A stretch of 64,000 nt of DNA from Candidatus Aldehydirespirator sp. (GTDB lineage: Bacteria > Actinomycetota > Acidimicrobiia > Acidimicrobiales > Aldehydirespiratoraceae), in NCBI GenBank assembly GCA_965221605.1, contig CBDCSK010000016.1, positions 444,132 to 508,131 on the forward strand, read 5' to 3'. Both the position numbers and the translations under genes were made by a program. The notes under the pieces are model-generated. The model was not told where the DNA came from. It made no database searches and saw only the letters and a program-made list of their open reading frames with translations. Of the stretch, positions 36,665 to 46,118 are shown piece after piece (positions within the stretch are counted from its first letter, which is position 1; each line of letters opens with the position of its first letter).

Positions 36665-39061
36665 ATGACGACTGACCGTTTCGACGACCCGGTCGAGTTG
36701 GCCGCACAGGCCCGCTCCATACGAGATCTGGCCCACGGCACCAGGGTGACCTACTCGCCCAAGGTCTTCATACCGCTCACCAAGCTGTGCCGCGACCGCT
36801 GCGGGTACTGCACCTTCGCCCAGCCGCCGGCCCGGCTCGAATCCCCCTACCTGAGCGCCGAACAGGTCCTGGAGATCGCCCGGGCCGGAGCCGAGCAGGG
36901 ATGCCACGAGGCGCTGTTCACGCTGGGCGAGAGGCCGGAACTGCGCTACCCGGTGGCCCGCGACTGGCTCGACCGCCACGGCTACGCCAGCACCGTCGAC
37001 TATGTGGCCGCCATGGCCCGCAGCGTGCTGGACGCCACCGGCCTGCTTCCCCACGCCAATACGGGCGCCATGAACGCCGATGAGTTGGCGACGCTGCGCG
37101 AGGTGGCCCCAAGCCAGGGAATGATGATCGAGACGCTCAACGCAGATCTTGAAGCCCACCGGGGCGCCCCCGACAAGACCCCGGAGCGCCGGCTGGCCAC
37201 CCTGGAGGCCGCCGGCGAGCTCCAGATTCCCTACACCACCGGCATCCTGGTGGGAATCGGCGAGAGCCGCTCCGACCGCATCGAGGCCTTGGAGGCCATC
37301 GCCGCGTCCCACCGCCGCTGGGGACATGTCCAGGAAGTGATCGTCCAGAACTTCCTGCCCAAGCCGGGCACGGGCATGCAGCACTGGGCGCCGTGCCCGC
37401 GCGCCGACCATCTCGACGCGATCTCCCTGGCCCGGGTGATCCTGCCGCCGGAGGTGCACGTTCAGGCCCCGCCCAACCTGGCCACCGACTTCGGCGAGCT
37501 GCTGGCCGCGGGCATCGACGACTGGGGCGGGGTGTCGCCCGTCACGGCCGACCATGTGAACCCGGAGCGCCCCTGGCCGGATCTGGACCGGCTGAGGGAG
37601 GTGACCGAGGAGGCCGGGCACGTGCTGGCCCCCCGCCTGACCGTTCACCCGACTTACGTGCGTGACGCCGAGCGCTGGATCGACGAGGGGCTGCACTTCG
37701 CGGTCATCGACCGCAGCGACGCCGAGGGCCTCGGGCGCGACGATCCCGGCTCGCAGTTCCCGGAGCGGACCATGGAGCGGGCCCGGGCCGGCGACGGGGC
37801 CGACGTCGAGCTGGTCGGCGAGCGCTCCACCCAGTGGTACTCGGGGGCGGGCACCGACCCGACCGTCCTCGTCCCGGGCCGGGCCGCCGCCCGTGGAGCG
37901 GTCGGCGAGGTGCTGCAGGGAGTGACCGGGGGCTCAGAGGTCGGTTTCGACGAGATCGTCACCCTCTTCGGCGCCCGGGGCCCCGAGGTGGCCGCCGTGG
38001 CCGGGGTCGCCGACGACCTGCGGCGCTCCGTCGTGGGCGACGACGTGACCTGGGTGGCCAACCGCAACATCAACTACACCAACGTCTGCACCTTCAAGTG
38101 CCGTTTCTGCGGCTTCTCCAAGGGGCCGCTGTCGCTCAACCTGAGGGGCACCCCCTACCTGCTGGAGATCTCCGAGATCGTGCGACGGTCGCACGAGGCC
38201 TGGGATCTCGGAGCGACCGAGGTGTGCCTGCAGGGCGGGATCCATCCCACCTTCGACGGGAACTACTACATCGATGTCGCCCGGGCCGTGCATGCCGAGG
38301 TTCCCGGCATCCACATCCACGGGTTCACCGCCCTGGAGGTGACCGAGGGCGCCTGGCGCAACCGCGAGCCGCTGGACGACTACCTGCGACGCCTGAAGGC
38401 CGCCGGGCAGCAGTCGCTGCCCGGGACCGCCGCTGAGGTCCTCGACGACGAGGTCCGCGAGACCCTCTGCCCCGACAAGATCACCACCGACGAGTGGCTG
38501 GAGTGCCACCGCATCGCCCACGGCATCGGCCTGCGCTCCAACGTCACCATCATGTTCGGGTCGATCGAGCGACCCGAACACTGGGCCCGGCACCTGCTGA
38601 GGACCCGGGAACTGCAGGCGGAGACCGGCGGGTTCACCGAGTTCGTGGGCCTGCCCTTCGTCCACATGGCCTCGCCCATCTACCTCCAGCGCCGGGCCCG
38701 GCGGGGCCCGACGTTCCGCGAGGTGCTGCTGATGCACGCCATCGCTCGCATCGCGTACCGGGGCCACATCGACAACATCCAGGGATCCTGGGTGAAGCTC
38801 GGCTTCAAGTCGATCGAGCAGCTGCTCCAGGCCGGGGTCAACGACCTCGGGGGCACCCTCATGGACGAGAACATCTCGAGAGCCGCGGGCGCCGAGCACG
38901 GGCAGGGCGCCAGCGCCGACGACTTCCAGGACCTGGTCGGACCGCTCGGGCGACGCCTGGTGCAGCGAACCACGCTCTACGGCCGGGTGGACCCCGACAG
39001 CTCGCCGGTTGCCAACGGCAACGGGGCGCGGAGGGTTCGCGTCGCGGTCAGGGCAAGCTAG
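36665..39061 (+). CDS. fbiC: FO (7,8-didemethyl-8-hydroxy-5-deazariboflavin) synthase, fused CofG/CofH
   Basis: Two radical-SAM cysteine triads, CRDRCGYC and CTFKCRFC. 798 aa from ATG 36665. Confidence 0.95.
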   Translation: MTTDRFDDPVELAAQARSIRDLAHGTRVTYSPKVFIPLTKLCRDRCGYCTFAQPPARLESPYLSAEQVLEIARAGAEQGCHEALFTLGERPELRYPVARDWLDRHGYASTVDYVAAMARSVLDATGLLPHANTGAMNADELATLREVAPSQGMMIETLNADLEAHRGAPDKTPERRLATLEAAGELQIPYTTGILVGIGESRSDRIEALEAIAASHRRWGHVQEVIVQNFLPKPGTGMQHWAPCPRADHLDAISLARVILPPEVHVQAPPNLATDFGELLAAGIDDWGGVSPVTADHVNPERPWPDLDRLREVTEEAGHVLAPRLTVHPTYVRDAERWIDEGLHFAVIDRSDAEGLGRDDPGSQFPERTMERARAGDGADVELVGERSTQWYSGAGTDPTVLVPGRAAARGAVGEVLQGVTGGSEVGFDEIVTLFGARGPEVAAVAGVADDLRRSVVGDDVTWVANRNINYTNVCTFKCRFCGFSKGPLSLNLRGTPYLLEISEIVRRSHEAWDLGATEVCLQGGIHPTFDGNYYIDVARAVHAEVPGIHIHGFTALEVTEGAWRNREPLDDYLRRLKAAGQQSLPGTAAEVLDDEVRETLCPDKITTDEWLECHRIAHGIGLRSNVTIMFGSIERPEHWARHLLRTRELQAETGGFTEFVGLPFVHMASPIYLQRRARRGPTFREVLLMHAIARIAYRGHIDNIQGSWVKLGFKSIEQLLQAGVNDLGGTLMDENISRAAGAEHGQGASADDFQDLVGPLGRRLVQRTTLYGRVDPDSSPVANGNGARRVRVAVRAS

Positions 39062-39067
39062 CCGGAC

Positions 39068-39271
39068 TCACTCGGGCGACGGCCGCTCGGCACGCAGCAG
39101 GTACGAAGCCTTCTCGACGGAGCGCCGGGCCCTGGTGAGGCGCTTCTCATCGTCCGACAGCCTGGTCTCCCCCGCTTCGATGGAATCCCGCAGACTCTCC
39201 AACGCCAGATCCGCGATCTCTTCGGCGATCGCCGCCAACCGGTCTGAAATATCATGACGCTTATCAACCAT
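39068..39271 (-). CDS. small helical hypothetical protein (67 aa)
   Basis: MVDKRHDISDRLAAIAEEIADLALESLRD... No motif recognised. Convergent with fbiC. Confidence 0.45.
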   Translation of the reverse strand: MVDKRHDISDRLAAIAEEIADLALESLRDSIEAGETRLSDDEKRLTRARRSVEKASYLLRAERPSPE

Positions 39272-39299
39272 GCCTGACACCCTAACGCAAGCCTAGCGC

Positions 39300-40985
39300 A
39301 TGCAGAACTTCAGACGGACCTTCGGCGCGGCCCGCAATCCCCGCCTTCTGGCTGCCTCGGCGGCCACCGGCGTGATCGTGGCGCTGCTCGTGGCCGCCTT
39401 CGAGACGGTGGCGCTGCACATGGTGCTCGAGCGGGTGCTGGAACAGCATCTCGCGGTGCTGGCGCTGGCACCGATCGTGGGCATCGCGGCCTCCAAGCTG
39501 GTGCTGCGAACGGTCGGCGGAGACACCTCCAGCCGCACGGCTGACGAGTACATCCGGGCGTTCCACGAGCGCCATCCCAGCATCCCGATGCGGTACCTGC
39601 CGGCCAAGCTGCTGGCCGGGATCGCCACCATCGGCGGGGGTGGCGCGGTGGGTCTCGAGGGCCCGTCGATCTACGCCGGGTCCTCGACGGGGCTGTTCGT
39701 CCACGAGCGCCTGGGGCGCTTCTTCCGGCGCGACGAGGCCCGGATACTGCTCACCGCCGGGGCCGCGGCCGGGGTGGCCGCGGTGTTCAAGACACCGGCC
39801 ACCGGGGTGATCTTCGCCATCGAGGCCCCCTACCGCGACGACGTGACCCCCCAGGCGCTGCTGCCGTCGCTGATCGCGTCGGCGGCCAGCTACGTGACCT
39901 TCGTCTTCCTGGTCGGCAGTACTCCGGTGGTCCCGTTCCTCGGCGAGGGCGGGATCGGCGCCGGTGGTGGCTCGGTGCTGGATGTCGAGATCGGGGATCT
40001 GCTGGGTGCGCTCATCCTGGGGATCGCGGCCGGGCTCGGAGGCCGTGGCTTCGCCTGGCTGGTGCGCCGGGCCAAGCACGCCACCCACACGATCTCCTGG
40101 CCGAGACGGGCTCTCGCGGCGGCGGCGGTCATGGCCGGGCTGGTGCTGCTGGCCGACGCCGCCTTCGACGAGGTCCTCAGCCTCGGCCCCGGCATCAGGG
40201 CCATGGAGTGGGTCGTGCAGCAGGACGCCCTGGGACTGATAGCGCTGCTGTTCGGGGTGAGGATCGCGGCCACGCTGGCCACGGTCCTGGGCGACGGCGT
40301 CGGGGGGCTGTTCATCCCGCTGGCGACCCTGGGCGTGATCGTGGGACAGTTCGTCGGGGTGGCCCTGGACGCGGAGTCCACCGGCCTCTACGCCACCCTG
40401 GGCCTCGCCGCCTTCCTCGGAGCCGGCTACCGGGCGCCCATCGCGGCCGTCATGTTCGTGGCCGAGTCCACCGGAGCGGCCGCTTTCGTCGTGCCCGCAC
40501 TGGTGGCCGCGGCCGTGAGCCAGGTGGTGGGCGGCCCGTCCTCGGTGGCCGAGTACCAGCGATCCAAGCGGATGGGCCACCTCGAGCAGCGCTTCACCCT
40601 TCCCCTGAGCTCCATTCTCACGACCGACGTGCTGACCGTCCCACCCGACGCCACCGTCTCGGAGTTCGTGTATATGCACGTTCTCGGCCGGCGTGAGCGG
40701 GTGGTCCCGGTGGTGTCGGGCAGCGCCTACCTGGGGATGGCCCAGCTGTCACAGCTGTCCGCGGTGAGCCGTGACGAGTGGGAGACCACCTCGGTGGAGT
40801 CGATGATGACGACGGACCTGCCGGCCGGCTCCCCGTCCTGGACGGTGCGCGACGCCGTGGTCGCCATGGAGGGCGCCGATGTCGAGGTCCTGGCCGTGAC
40901 CGACAGCTCAGGCAACTTCATAGGCGTGGTCACCGAGGACGACATCGTGCGCCTGGGAGAGATCCTGGACGAGACCGAGGGGTGA
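39300..40985 (+). CDS. ClC-type chloride channel/antiporter with C-terminal CBS pair
   Basis: GGGAVGLEGPSIYAG and GVGGLFIPLATLG selectivity-filter motifs. Two CBS-like repeats at the C-terminus. Confidence 0.9.
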   Translation: MQNFRRTFGAARNPRLLAASAATGVIVALLVAAFETVALHMVLERVLEQHLAVLALAPIVGIAASKLVLRTVGGDTSSRTADEYIRAFHERHPSIPMRYLPAKLLAGIATIGGGGAVGLEGPSIYAGSSTGLFVHERLGRFFRRDEARILLTAGAAAGVAAVFKTPATGVIFAIEAPYRDDVTPQALLPSLIASAASYVTFVFLVGSTPVVPFLGEGGIGAGGGSVLDVEIGDLLGALILGIAAGLGGRGFAWLVRRAKHATHTISWPRRALAAAAVMAGLVLLADAAFDEVLSLGPGIRAMEWVVQQDALGLIALLFGVRIAATLATVLGDGVGGLFIPLATLGVIVGQFVGVALDAESTGLYATLGLAAFLGAGYRAPIAAVMFVAESTGAAAFVVPALVAAAVSQVVGGPSSVAEYQRSKRMGHLEQRFTLPLSSILTTDVLTVPPDATVSEFVYMHVLGRRERVVPVVSGSAYLGMAQLSQLSAVSRDEWETTSVESMMTTDLPAGSPSWTVRDAVVAMEGADVEVLAVTDSSGNFIGVVTEDDIVRLGEILDETEG

Positions 40986-41002
40986 CCGGCCGGAGAGGCC
41001 GG
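40986..41002 (+). terminator. possible GC-rich hairpin after the ClC gene (no U tract)
   Basis: ccggcc-ggaga-ggccgg immediately after the stop codon. Confidence 0.25.
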
Positions 41003-41056
41003 CCTCCCGGGCCTCAGGGGCCACGCGGATAGGCGAGAGCCCGTCGCGGTGCAGCG

Positions 41057-41152
41057 GTGTCATTTCCCGCTCTTGTTCGCTGCGCTCACGGGCCGCTCGG
41101 GCCACGGCCTCGCGCCGTATGCGCCGGATTCGCGTGCCTATCCGCTCGGCCT
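41057..41152 (+). repeat. interspersed ~95-bp repeat, copy C
   Basis: gtgtcatttcccgctcttgttcgctgcgctcacgggccgctcgggccacggcctcgcgccgtatgcgccggattcgcgtgcctatccgctcggcctc. Abuts the left end of the second IS. Confidence 0.85.
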
Positions 41153-42783
41153 CTTAGCCTGAATCCACCGGTGGGCTGGTCGGGGTGGCTGGTTTTGGTT
41201 GTTGTGGGCGGTGTTGGTCTGGTTTGGCTGTTGTGGGTGCTGTTGGGGCGTGTGGGGTCGGCGGCTGGGGTTGTGGCTGGTTGGTGGCGCTGGGGGTGTG
41301 TGCTGGGTGGCGCCGGGTCCCGGGGGGTTGTGCTTTAGATGAGTTGGGGCAGGTTGCGGGTGTGGGCCAGCGCGGTGGTGAATTGGTGTGCCCAGGGCCA
41401 GTTGAGCGGCAGGCGGAGTTTGTGTCGGTGGCTGTGGTTGACGAGGCGTCCGGGGACGGCGAGCAGCCGCCGGCGGACGGTGGCGGCGACGGTGAGCCGT
41501 TCGGGGTGGTTGGTGTGTGCGAGGCGGGCGGTCCAGCGGGCGAGGTTGTGGGCGAGCGCGGCGCAGGCGAGGTGGGCGCCGTTGGCGAAGAATCTTCCCG
41601 AGGGGCAGTGGGCTAGTCCATTGTCTTTGAGGTCTCTGATGGCGAGCTCGACTCGGGCGTGGCCGCGGTGGTAGGCGTCGGCGGTTTCGGTGTCGAGGCC
41701 GTCTCTGTTGGTGACGAAGCAGTGGTGGCGCCAGTTGGGCCACAGCTCGCGTTGGGGGCCTTCTGGGAGGCGGGTGCGGCGCACGACGAGGCGCAGCTTT
41801 CGGGGGCCTTGGGGGTCGCGGCGGCTCGTTGTGATGGCGCTCTCGGCGACCTGGGCTTCCCCGTCGGGGTAGGCGATCGGCGTCCAGGCGGTTTCGTCGA
41901 TGCCGTCGATGGCTGCTTTGACTTTGGCGTTGTTGGGGATCGTGACCGACCAGCGGGCCTTGTATGCGTCGAGCTTCGCGATCAGCGCATAGGAGAAGAA
42001 CCCCGCGTCGGCGCGCACCGTCACCGCCGCGTGCGGCGCGAGGCGCCTGAGCCTCGCGAGGGTCTCCGCGGCGAAGCGGACATGGCCGCGTTGAGAGGAC
42101 CCCGACCGCATCCGGGCGTGGACGACCTCGCCGGTGTCGTCGCGCACTGCCGCCAGCGGGTGGTATCCCCAAACCTTGGTGTGGCCATAGGCCGCGCCCT
42201 GCTTGGACTTGCCGTGGACCTCACACACCGTCGAGTCCAGATCCACCGTCATCTCCGCCGCTGCCGGCGCCGCGCCCACAGACCACGCCCGGCCCAGCGC
42301 CAGCTCCAGAGCCCGGTCGAGCTGACGGACATGGCCGAACGTGAAGGACCGCAGCCACGTCCCCAACGTCGACGGAGCCGCCACCGCGAACGGCAGCACC
42401 GCTGAAGCGGACCCGGCCCGCAGCCTGTCGGCGTCGCCGATGTGTGACCCTCCCACCAGCATCGACGCCACCACCGACAACGCCTTCGCCCCGGACCCCC
42501 GCCCCGACTCCGGCGGGCGCACCACCTCATCGATGAGCGACTCCAAACCCAGCCGGCCCATCACCGTGCCCGCCAACAGAAGCCCCGCGTCGGCCACCAG
42601 CGAAGCGTCGTCGAACACCGCCTCGATCCCGTCGATCCCGCCCGCTATGCTGCTCACAGGAAGTGCCTCCTCACATGGCCAGAATGACCGTTGCTTCAAA
42701 CAGCATTCTCCCCATGTCAGGAGGCCTTTCCGGTGGACGCGCCAACCCCACAAACCTCACCGCATCGGTGGATCCAGGCTTAG
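41153..42783 (-). mobile_element. second, distinct IS1380-family insertion sequence (~1.62 kb) with CTTAG target-site duplication
   Basis: IRs cctgaatccaccggtg (41158..) and catcggtggatccagg (..42778), 14/16 matching. Direct repeat cttag at 41153..41157 and 42779..42783. Confidence 0.85.
41335..42657 (-). CDS. IS1380-family DDE transposase
   Basis: GTG 42657 with GAGGAGG 8 nt upstream. VDLDSTVCEVHGKSKQGAAYGHTKVWGYHPLAAV..ARMRSGSSQRGH aligns with the same block in the first transposase. Confidence 0.9.
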   Translation of the reverse strand: MSSIAGGIDGIEAVFDDASLVADAGLLLAGTVMGRLGLESLIDEVVRPPESGRGSGAKALSVVASMLVGGSHIGDADRLRAGSASAVLPFAVAAPSTLGTWLRSFTFGHVRQLDRALELALGRAWSVGAAPAAAEMTVDLDSTVCEVHGKSKQGAAYGHTKVWGYHPLAAVRDDTGEVVHARMRSGSSQRGHVRFAAETLARLRRLAPHAAVTVRADAGFFSYALIAKLDAYKARWSVTIPNNAKVKAAIDGIDETAWTPIAYPDGEAQVAESAITTSRRDPQGPRKLRLVVRRTRLPEGPQRELWPNWRHHCFVTNRDGLDTETADAYHRGHARVELAIRDLKDNGLAHCPSGRFFANGAHLACAALAHNLARWTARLAHTNHPERLTVAATVRRRLLAVPGRLVNHSHRHKLRLPLNWPWAHQFTTALAHTRNLPQLI

Positions 42784-42971
42784 TCGTCGTCGGCGGCCAA
42801 CTCCGCCTCAGCCAGCTCCTCGTCCTCGAAAGCCTCCGCCCACGATGCGTGCTCGGGCTTGACGTAGTCGTCCGGTTCGTTGAACGATTCGATCAGACCC
42901 TGGAGGTCATCCGCCTGCGAGCGCTTGAACTTGCGGGCTTCCTCATACCTTCGGTGTCGACCCTTCTTCAC
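42780..42971 (-). CDS. small basic-then-acidic hypothetical protein (63 aa from GTG)
   Basis: VKKGRHRRYEEARKFKRSQ...EDEELAEAELAADDD. Its stop TAA lies inside the IS target duplication. Confidence 0.5.
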   Translation of the reverse strand: MKKGRHRRYEEARKFKRSQADDLQGLIESFNEPDDYVKPEHASWAEAFEDEELAEAELAADDD

Positions 42972-43064
42972 GGTCCCAACTCCCGGTTTGACGATTTCGC
43001 AGCGTCGGGAAGTGTACCGGACGCCTGCGACAGGCCCACGCGTGCGCTTGTTGCAGGCCAACGA

Positions 43065-44240
43065 TCAAACGACCGGTCGGCCACTGCGCTCCTCCAGCAC
43101 CAGCTGGCCGTTGTCGAAGGCCAGAGCGGCCTCGCCGGCGACCAGTCGCCGTATGGGCTCACCGACGAGGTCCGATCTCCACCCCGTCGACAGCCGGGCG
43201 TCGGCGTCACCGCGGATCAGGGCCTCGATGTCGGCGCGTGTGGCCAGCAGCGAGGGCTCGATCATGCGCTCCCGGGCCAGCTGGCCGACCCAGGAGGTGA
43301 CCAGGCCCACCGCGGGACGGAGACGCTCGGCTTGATCGGAGCGCCTCCGGGTTGCCGGCGGCGGTCGCCAGTCCGAGGCAAGCCCGTCAGCGACAGCCTT
43401 GAGGATGGCCGGCCCCAACCGGCCGCGGGCCATTCCCTCTCCCACCCCCCGGACCGCGGCCAGATCCCCGGTCGTGCGGGGGGCGGACCGGGCGATCGAG
43501 ACGACGGCCATGTCGGGCAGGACGTGGCGGACGGGCTGGTTGACCTTGGCCGCCCTCAGCTCGCGCCACATCGCCACCGACCGCACCACCGGCAGGTCGC
43601 GGCGCCTCAGGTGCCGGACGTCCTTGAGCCTGGTCCAGGCGTCCTCGGGTCGCTGGATGCGACGGCTTCGCTCCAGCAACAGGTCGAACTCGGCCTCGGC
43701 CCACCCGAGCCGGCCCAGCTCTCGAAGCCGTGACGCCAGCCGATCATGGATGTCCAGCAGGTGCATGACGTCGCTGGCCGCGTACTCGAGTTGCGAGGTC
43801 TTGAGCGGCCGCACCAGCCAGTCGGTGAGCCGGTCCGCCTTGGGGGGCCTCCAGCCGATCTCGCTCTCGTGCAGCGACGACAGCGCAGGCGTGCCGTGGC
43901 CGAGGAAACCGGCCGCGATCTGGGTGTCGAAGATCCGCTCCGGGACCGTCCCGCAGCAGTGCTCGAGGACCTCCAGGTCCTGACCGGCGGCATGGGCCAC
44001 CATCAGCCCGTTCCCGGAGAGCACCTCCGACAGCGGGCGGACATCGACGGCCAGCGGATCGATCAGCACCAGGTCACCGGGCCAGGCGACCTGGATCAGG
44101 GCGGCCTCGGGCCGGTAGGTGCGCTCCCGGTGGAACTCCGTGTCGAGGGCGTACCGGGGCTCGCTCGACAGCGCAGCCGCCGCGGCCCGCAACCCGGCGT
44201 CAGAGTCGATGTAGCGGTAGTTCCCCACTGCCTCCGTCAA
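43065..44240 (-). CDS. rnd: ribonuclease D
   Basis: DEDD exonuclease motif YALDTEFHRERTY. An HRDC-like region follows. Confidence 0.9.
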   Translation of the reverse strand: MTEAVGNYRYIDSDAGLRAAAAALSSEPRYALDTEFHRERTYRPEAALIQVAWPGDLVLIDPLAVDVRPLSEVLSGNGLMVAHAAGQDLEVLEHCCGTVPERIFDTQIAAGFLGHGTPALSSLHESEIGWRPPKADRLTDWLVRPLKTSQLEYAASDVMHLLDIHDRLASRLRELGRLGWAEAEFDLLLERSRRIQRPEDAWTRLKDVRHLRRRDLPVVRSVAMWRELRAAKVNQPVRHVLPDMAVVSIARSAPRTTGDLAAVRGVGEGMARGRLGPAILKAVADGLASDWRPPPATRRRSDQAERLRPAVGLVTSWVGQLARERMIEPSLLATRADIEALIRGDADARLSTGWRSDLVGEPIRRLVAGEAALAFDNGQLVLEERSGRPVV

Positions 44241-44246
44241 GGCCTC

Positions 44247-44588
44247 TCAGGCCGGCGCGGGGCCCGTCTCGACCGGTCGACCCGACTGGTGCCAGGCCTT
44301 GGTGCCGCCTTCGACGTTCACCGCGTCGACGCCGCAGGCTCGCAGGAACCCGACGGCCTGGCCGCTTCGCCCTCCCACGGCGCACACCACGCACACTGCC
44401 TGGTCCGCCGCTGCGGTCCGGAACTCCTCCACCGCCTCCGGGACCGTCGCCAGCGGCACCAGGACAGCGCCGGGTATGCGGACCTCCTCGTACTCGTCGG
44501 GTTCACGCACATCGAAGACCGCAGCGCCGGCGGCTCGCCGGCGGTCGAGCTCGTCGATATCGATCTCGGGAATCTCGGCGGCGTCCAT
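44247..44588 (-). CDS. rhodanese-like sulfurtransferase domain protein
   Basis: Active-site loop CAVGGRSGQA, 113 aa. Confidence 0.85.
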   Translation of the reverse strand: MDAAEIPEIDIDELDRRRAAGAAVFDVREPDEYEEVRIPGAVLVPLATVPEAVEEFRTAAADQAVCVVCAVGGRSGQAVGFLRACGVDAVNVEGGTKAWHQSGRPVETGPAPA

Positions 44589-44652
44589 GCCTGCCTCTTT
44601 GGTGGGGTAGCCCGCAATCGTAGTGCGACGCCGGTACGTGGCCGTGTCGCGG

Positions 44653-45285
44653 TCAGGCCCGGCCTCCTGCGGGAAGGTCTTCGGGACGGTTCGCGTCCTT
44701 GAACCAGTCCACTCCCTCGATCTCGACCTCCACGGTGTGGAGCAGCCGAGCGGCCTCCTTGGGAGCCCGCACCCCCCTGCCGAACGCCTCGGACAGGGTC
44801 GGGAGGCAGCGCCGCGCCCAGGCGGCGTGCATCCACTGGGGAGCGCCGGAACCGAGCGGGACCACCAGGTCCGCCCGTGCCGCCGGCTGGGCCGGGTCGC
44901 CGGCCGGGTCCCCGAGCCGGTCGACGACGCGACGCACCGCGGCCTCGTCGGGCTCGATCACATCGCACGGCAGCGTCACGACGGCCTTGATGGCGCCGCA
45001 GTCGCCGTATCGGGACGACTCAACGGCGCCGAGGGCGGTGATGACGCCTCCCAGCGGCCCCTCTCCGGGATGACGGTCGGGCACCGCCAGCAGGCCCAGC
45101 TCGCCCAGGCGGGCACCATCGCCTCCGACCACCAGCACGGCCGCCGCTCCCGCTGCGGTCAGAGCGGCCGCGGCACGGGCCACCATGGGCACCCCGTCCA
45201 CCTCGATGAAGGCCTTGTCCGAACCCATCCTCGTGCTGGACCCACCGGCCAGCACCACACCCATGCACTCACCGATTGCGGGCAT
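44653..45285 (-). CDS. mobA: molybdenum cofactor guanylyltransferase
   Basis: GVVLAGGSSTRMGSDKAFIEVDG. Confidence 0.85.
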   Translation of the reverse strand: MPAIGECMGVVLAGGSSTRMGSDKAFIEVDGVPMVARAAAALTAAGAAAVLVVGGDGARLGELGLLAVPDRHPGEGPLGGVITALGAVESSRYGDCGAIKAVVTLPCDVIEPDEAAVRRVVDRLGDPAGDPAQPAARADLVVPLGSGAPQWMHAAWARRCLPTLSEAFGRGVRAPKEAARLLHTVEVEIEGVDWFKDANRPEDLPAGGRA

Positions 45286-45307
45286 GGGCGCTCCCACGCC
45301 GACCCGC

Positions 45308-45760
45308 TCAGGCCTCGGTGCCCGGCGGCGGCCAGCCGGGGTCGAGCTGCATCAGGAACAGCGCGCAGCGCTCGGCCTCGCCGGTCTCACCAATGCCGTT
45401 GGCGACGCGCTGGAGCCCGCTCAGGGCCCGAAGGAAACCGCGGTTGGACGGATGGACCCACCGGACGTAGCCGGAGCCGCGCCAACCGCTGGCCCGCAGG
45501 CGGTCCAGGCCGCGGTGATAGCCGGTGCGGAAGGCCGCGTAGGCCAGCGCCTGGACGGCACCGCTCGCTTCCAGCGCCTCGCCCAGGGCGGCCCACGCCT
45601 CCAGGCTGAGCGGCCAGCGAGCGCAGGCCGCTCCCACGGCACCGACCCGGTCGTCGCTTTCGGCCGCGGCGGCCAGTGCAGCCCGGATCTCGGCGGGCTC
45701 GGGGTCCAGCACCGTCTCGGGCGGGCCGTGCGACAGCAGGGGAACGGGAGCGTCACTCAT
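45308..45760 (-). CDS. conserved actinobacterial protein (DUF3151-like, assigned from memory)
   Basis: AFRTGYHRGLDRLRASGWRGSGYVRWVHPSNRGFLRAL. Confidence 0.7.
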   Translation of the reverse strand: MSDAPVPLLSHGPPETVLDPEPAEIRAALAAAAESDDRVGAVGAACARWPLSLEAWAALGEALEASGAVQALAYAAFRTGYHRGLDRLRASGWRGSGYVRWVHPSNRGFLRALSGLQRVANGIGETGEAERCALFLMQLDPGWPPPGTEA

Positions 45761-45792
45761 CGCCGCTGAGGCTACCGGTACCCTGCGCGCCG

Positions 45793-46056
45793 GTGATTGG
45801 AAACTGGGTCGACGCCGAATCGCTGCAGCCGATCCTTCTCGGCGCGACGGTTGTTCTGGTCGTCGGCGCGGCTCTGGTATGGCGCGGGGTTCGCAGGCTC
45901 CTGCTGCGCCTCGTGCTGGTCGCGCTCATCGGGGTGCTGGCCGCAAGCCTGTGGCTCCAGCGCTCCGACCTTCAGGACTGCGTGGACACCTGCTCGTGCC
46001 GGCTGTTCGGCCAGGAGGTCGACGTCCCCGTCGACGCCAATCCCAACTGCCCATGA
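45793..46056 (+). CDS. possible small 2-TM protein with Cys-rich C-terminus
   Basis: GTG 45793. Hydrophobic helices ILLGATVVLVVGAALVW and LVLVALIGVLAASLWL. Confidence 0.4.
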   Translation: MIGNWVDAESLQPILLGATVVLVVGAALVWRGVRRLLLRLVLVALIGVLAASLWLQRSDLQDCVDTCSCRLFGQEVDVPVDANPNCP

Positions 46057-46118
46057 CCCCTCCCGCGATGCGGCTGTCTACCGGAGCCCCCTGAGCCTCA
46101 TGCTCAAGTCCGGCTGTG

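Noticed and set aside
36338-37696. 452-aa minus-strand ORF
   Set aside because: It is antisense to cysC and fbiC, both of which carry diagnostic motifs. It has shadow-frame composition.
41138-42172. 344-aa Pro/Arg-rich minus-strand ORF inside the second IS
   Set aside because: It is an alternative frame overlapping the transposase gene and running across the IS terminus into flanking DNA. It has extreme low complexity.
9241-42783. The two IS1380-family elements as ends of a 33-kb composite transposon
   Set aside because: The two IS have different terminal repeats and divergent transposases. Each has its own matching target duplication (GCTAG versus CTTAG), indicating independent simple insertions. 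The intervening DNA is core housekeeping genes.
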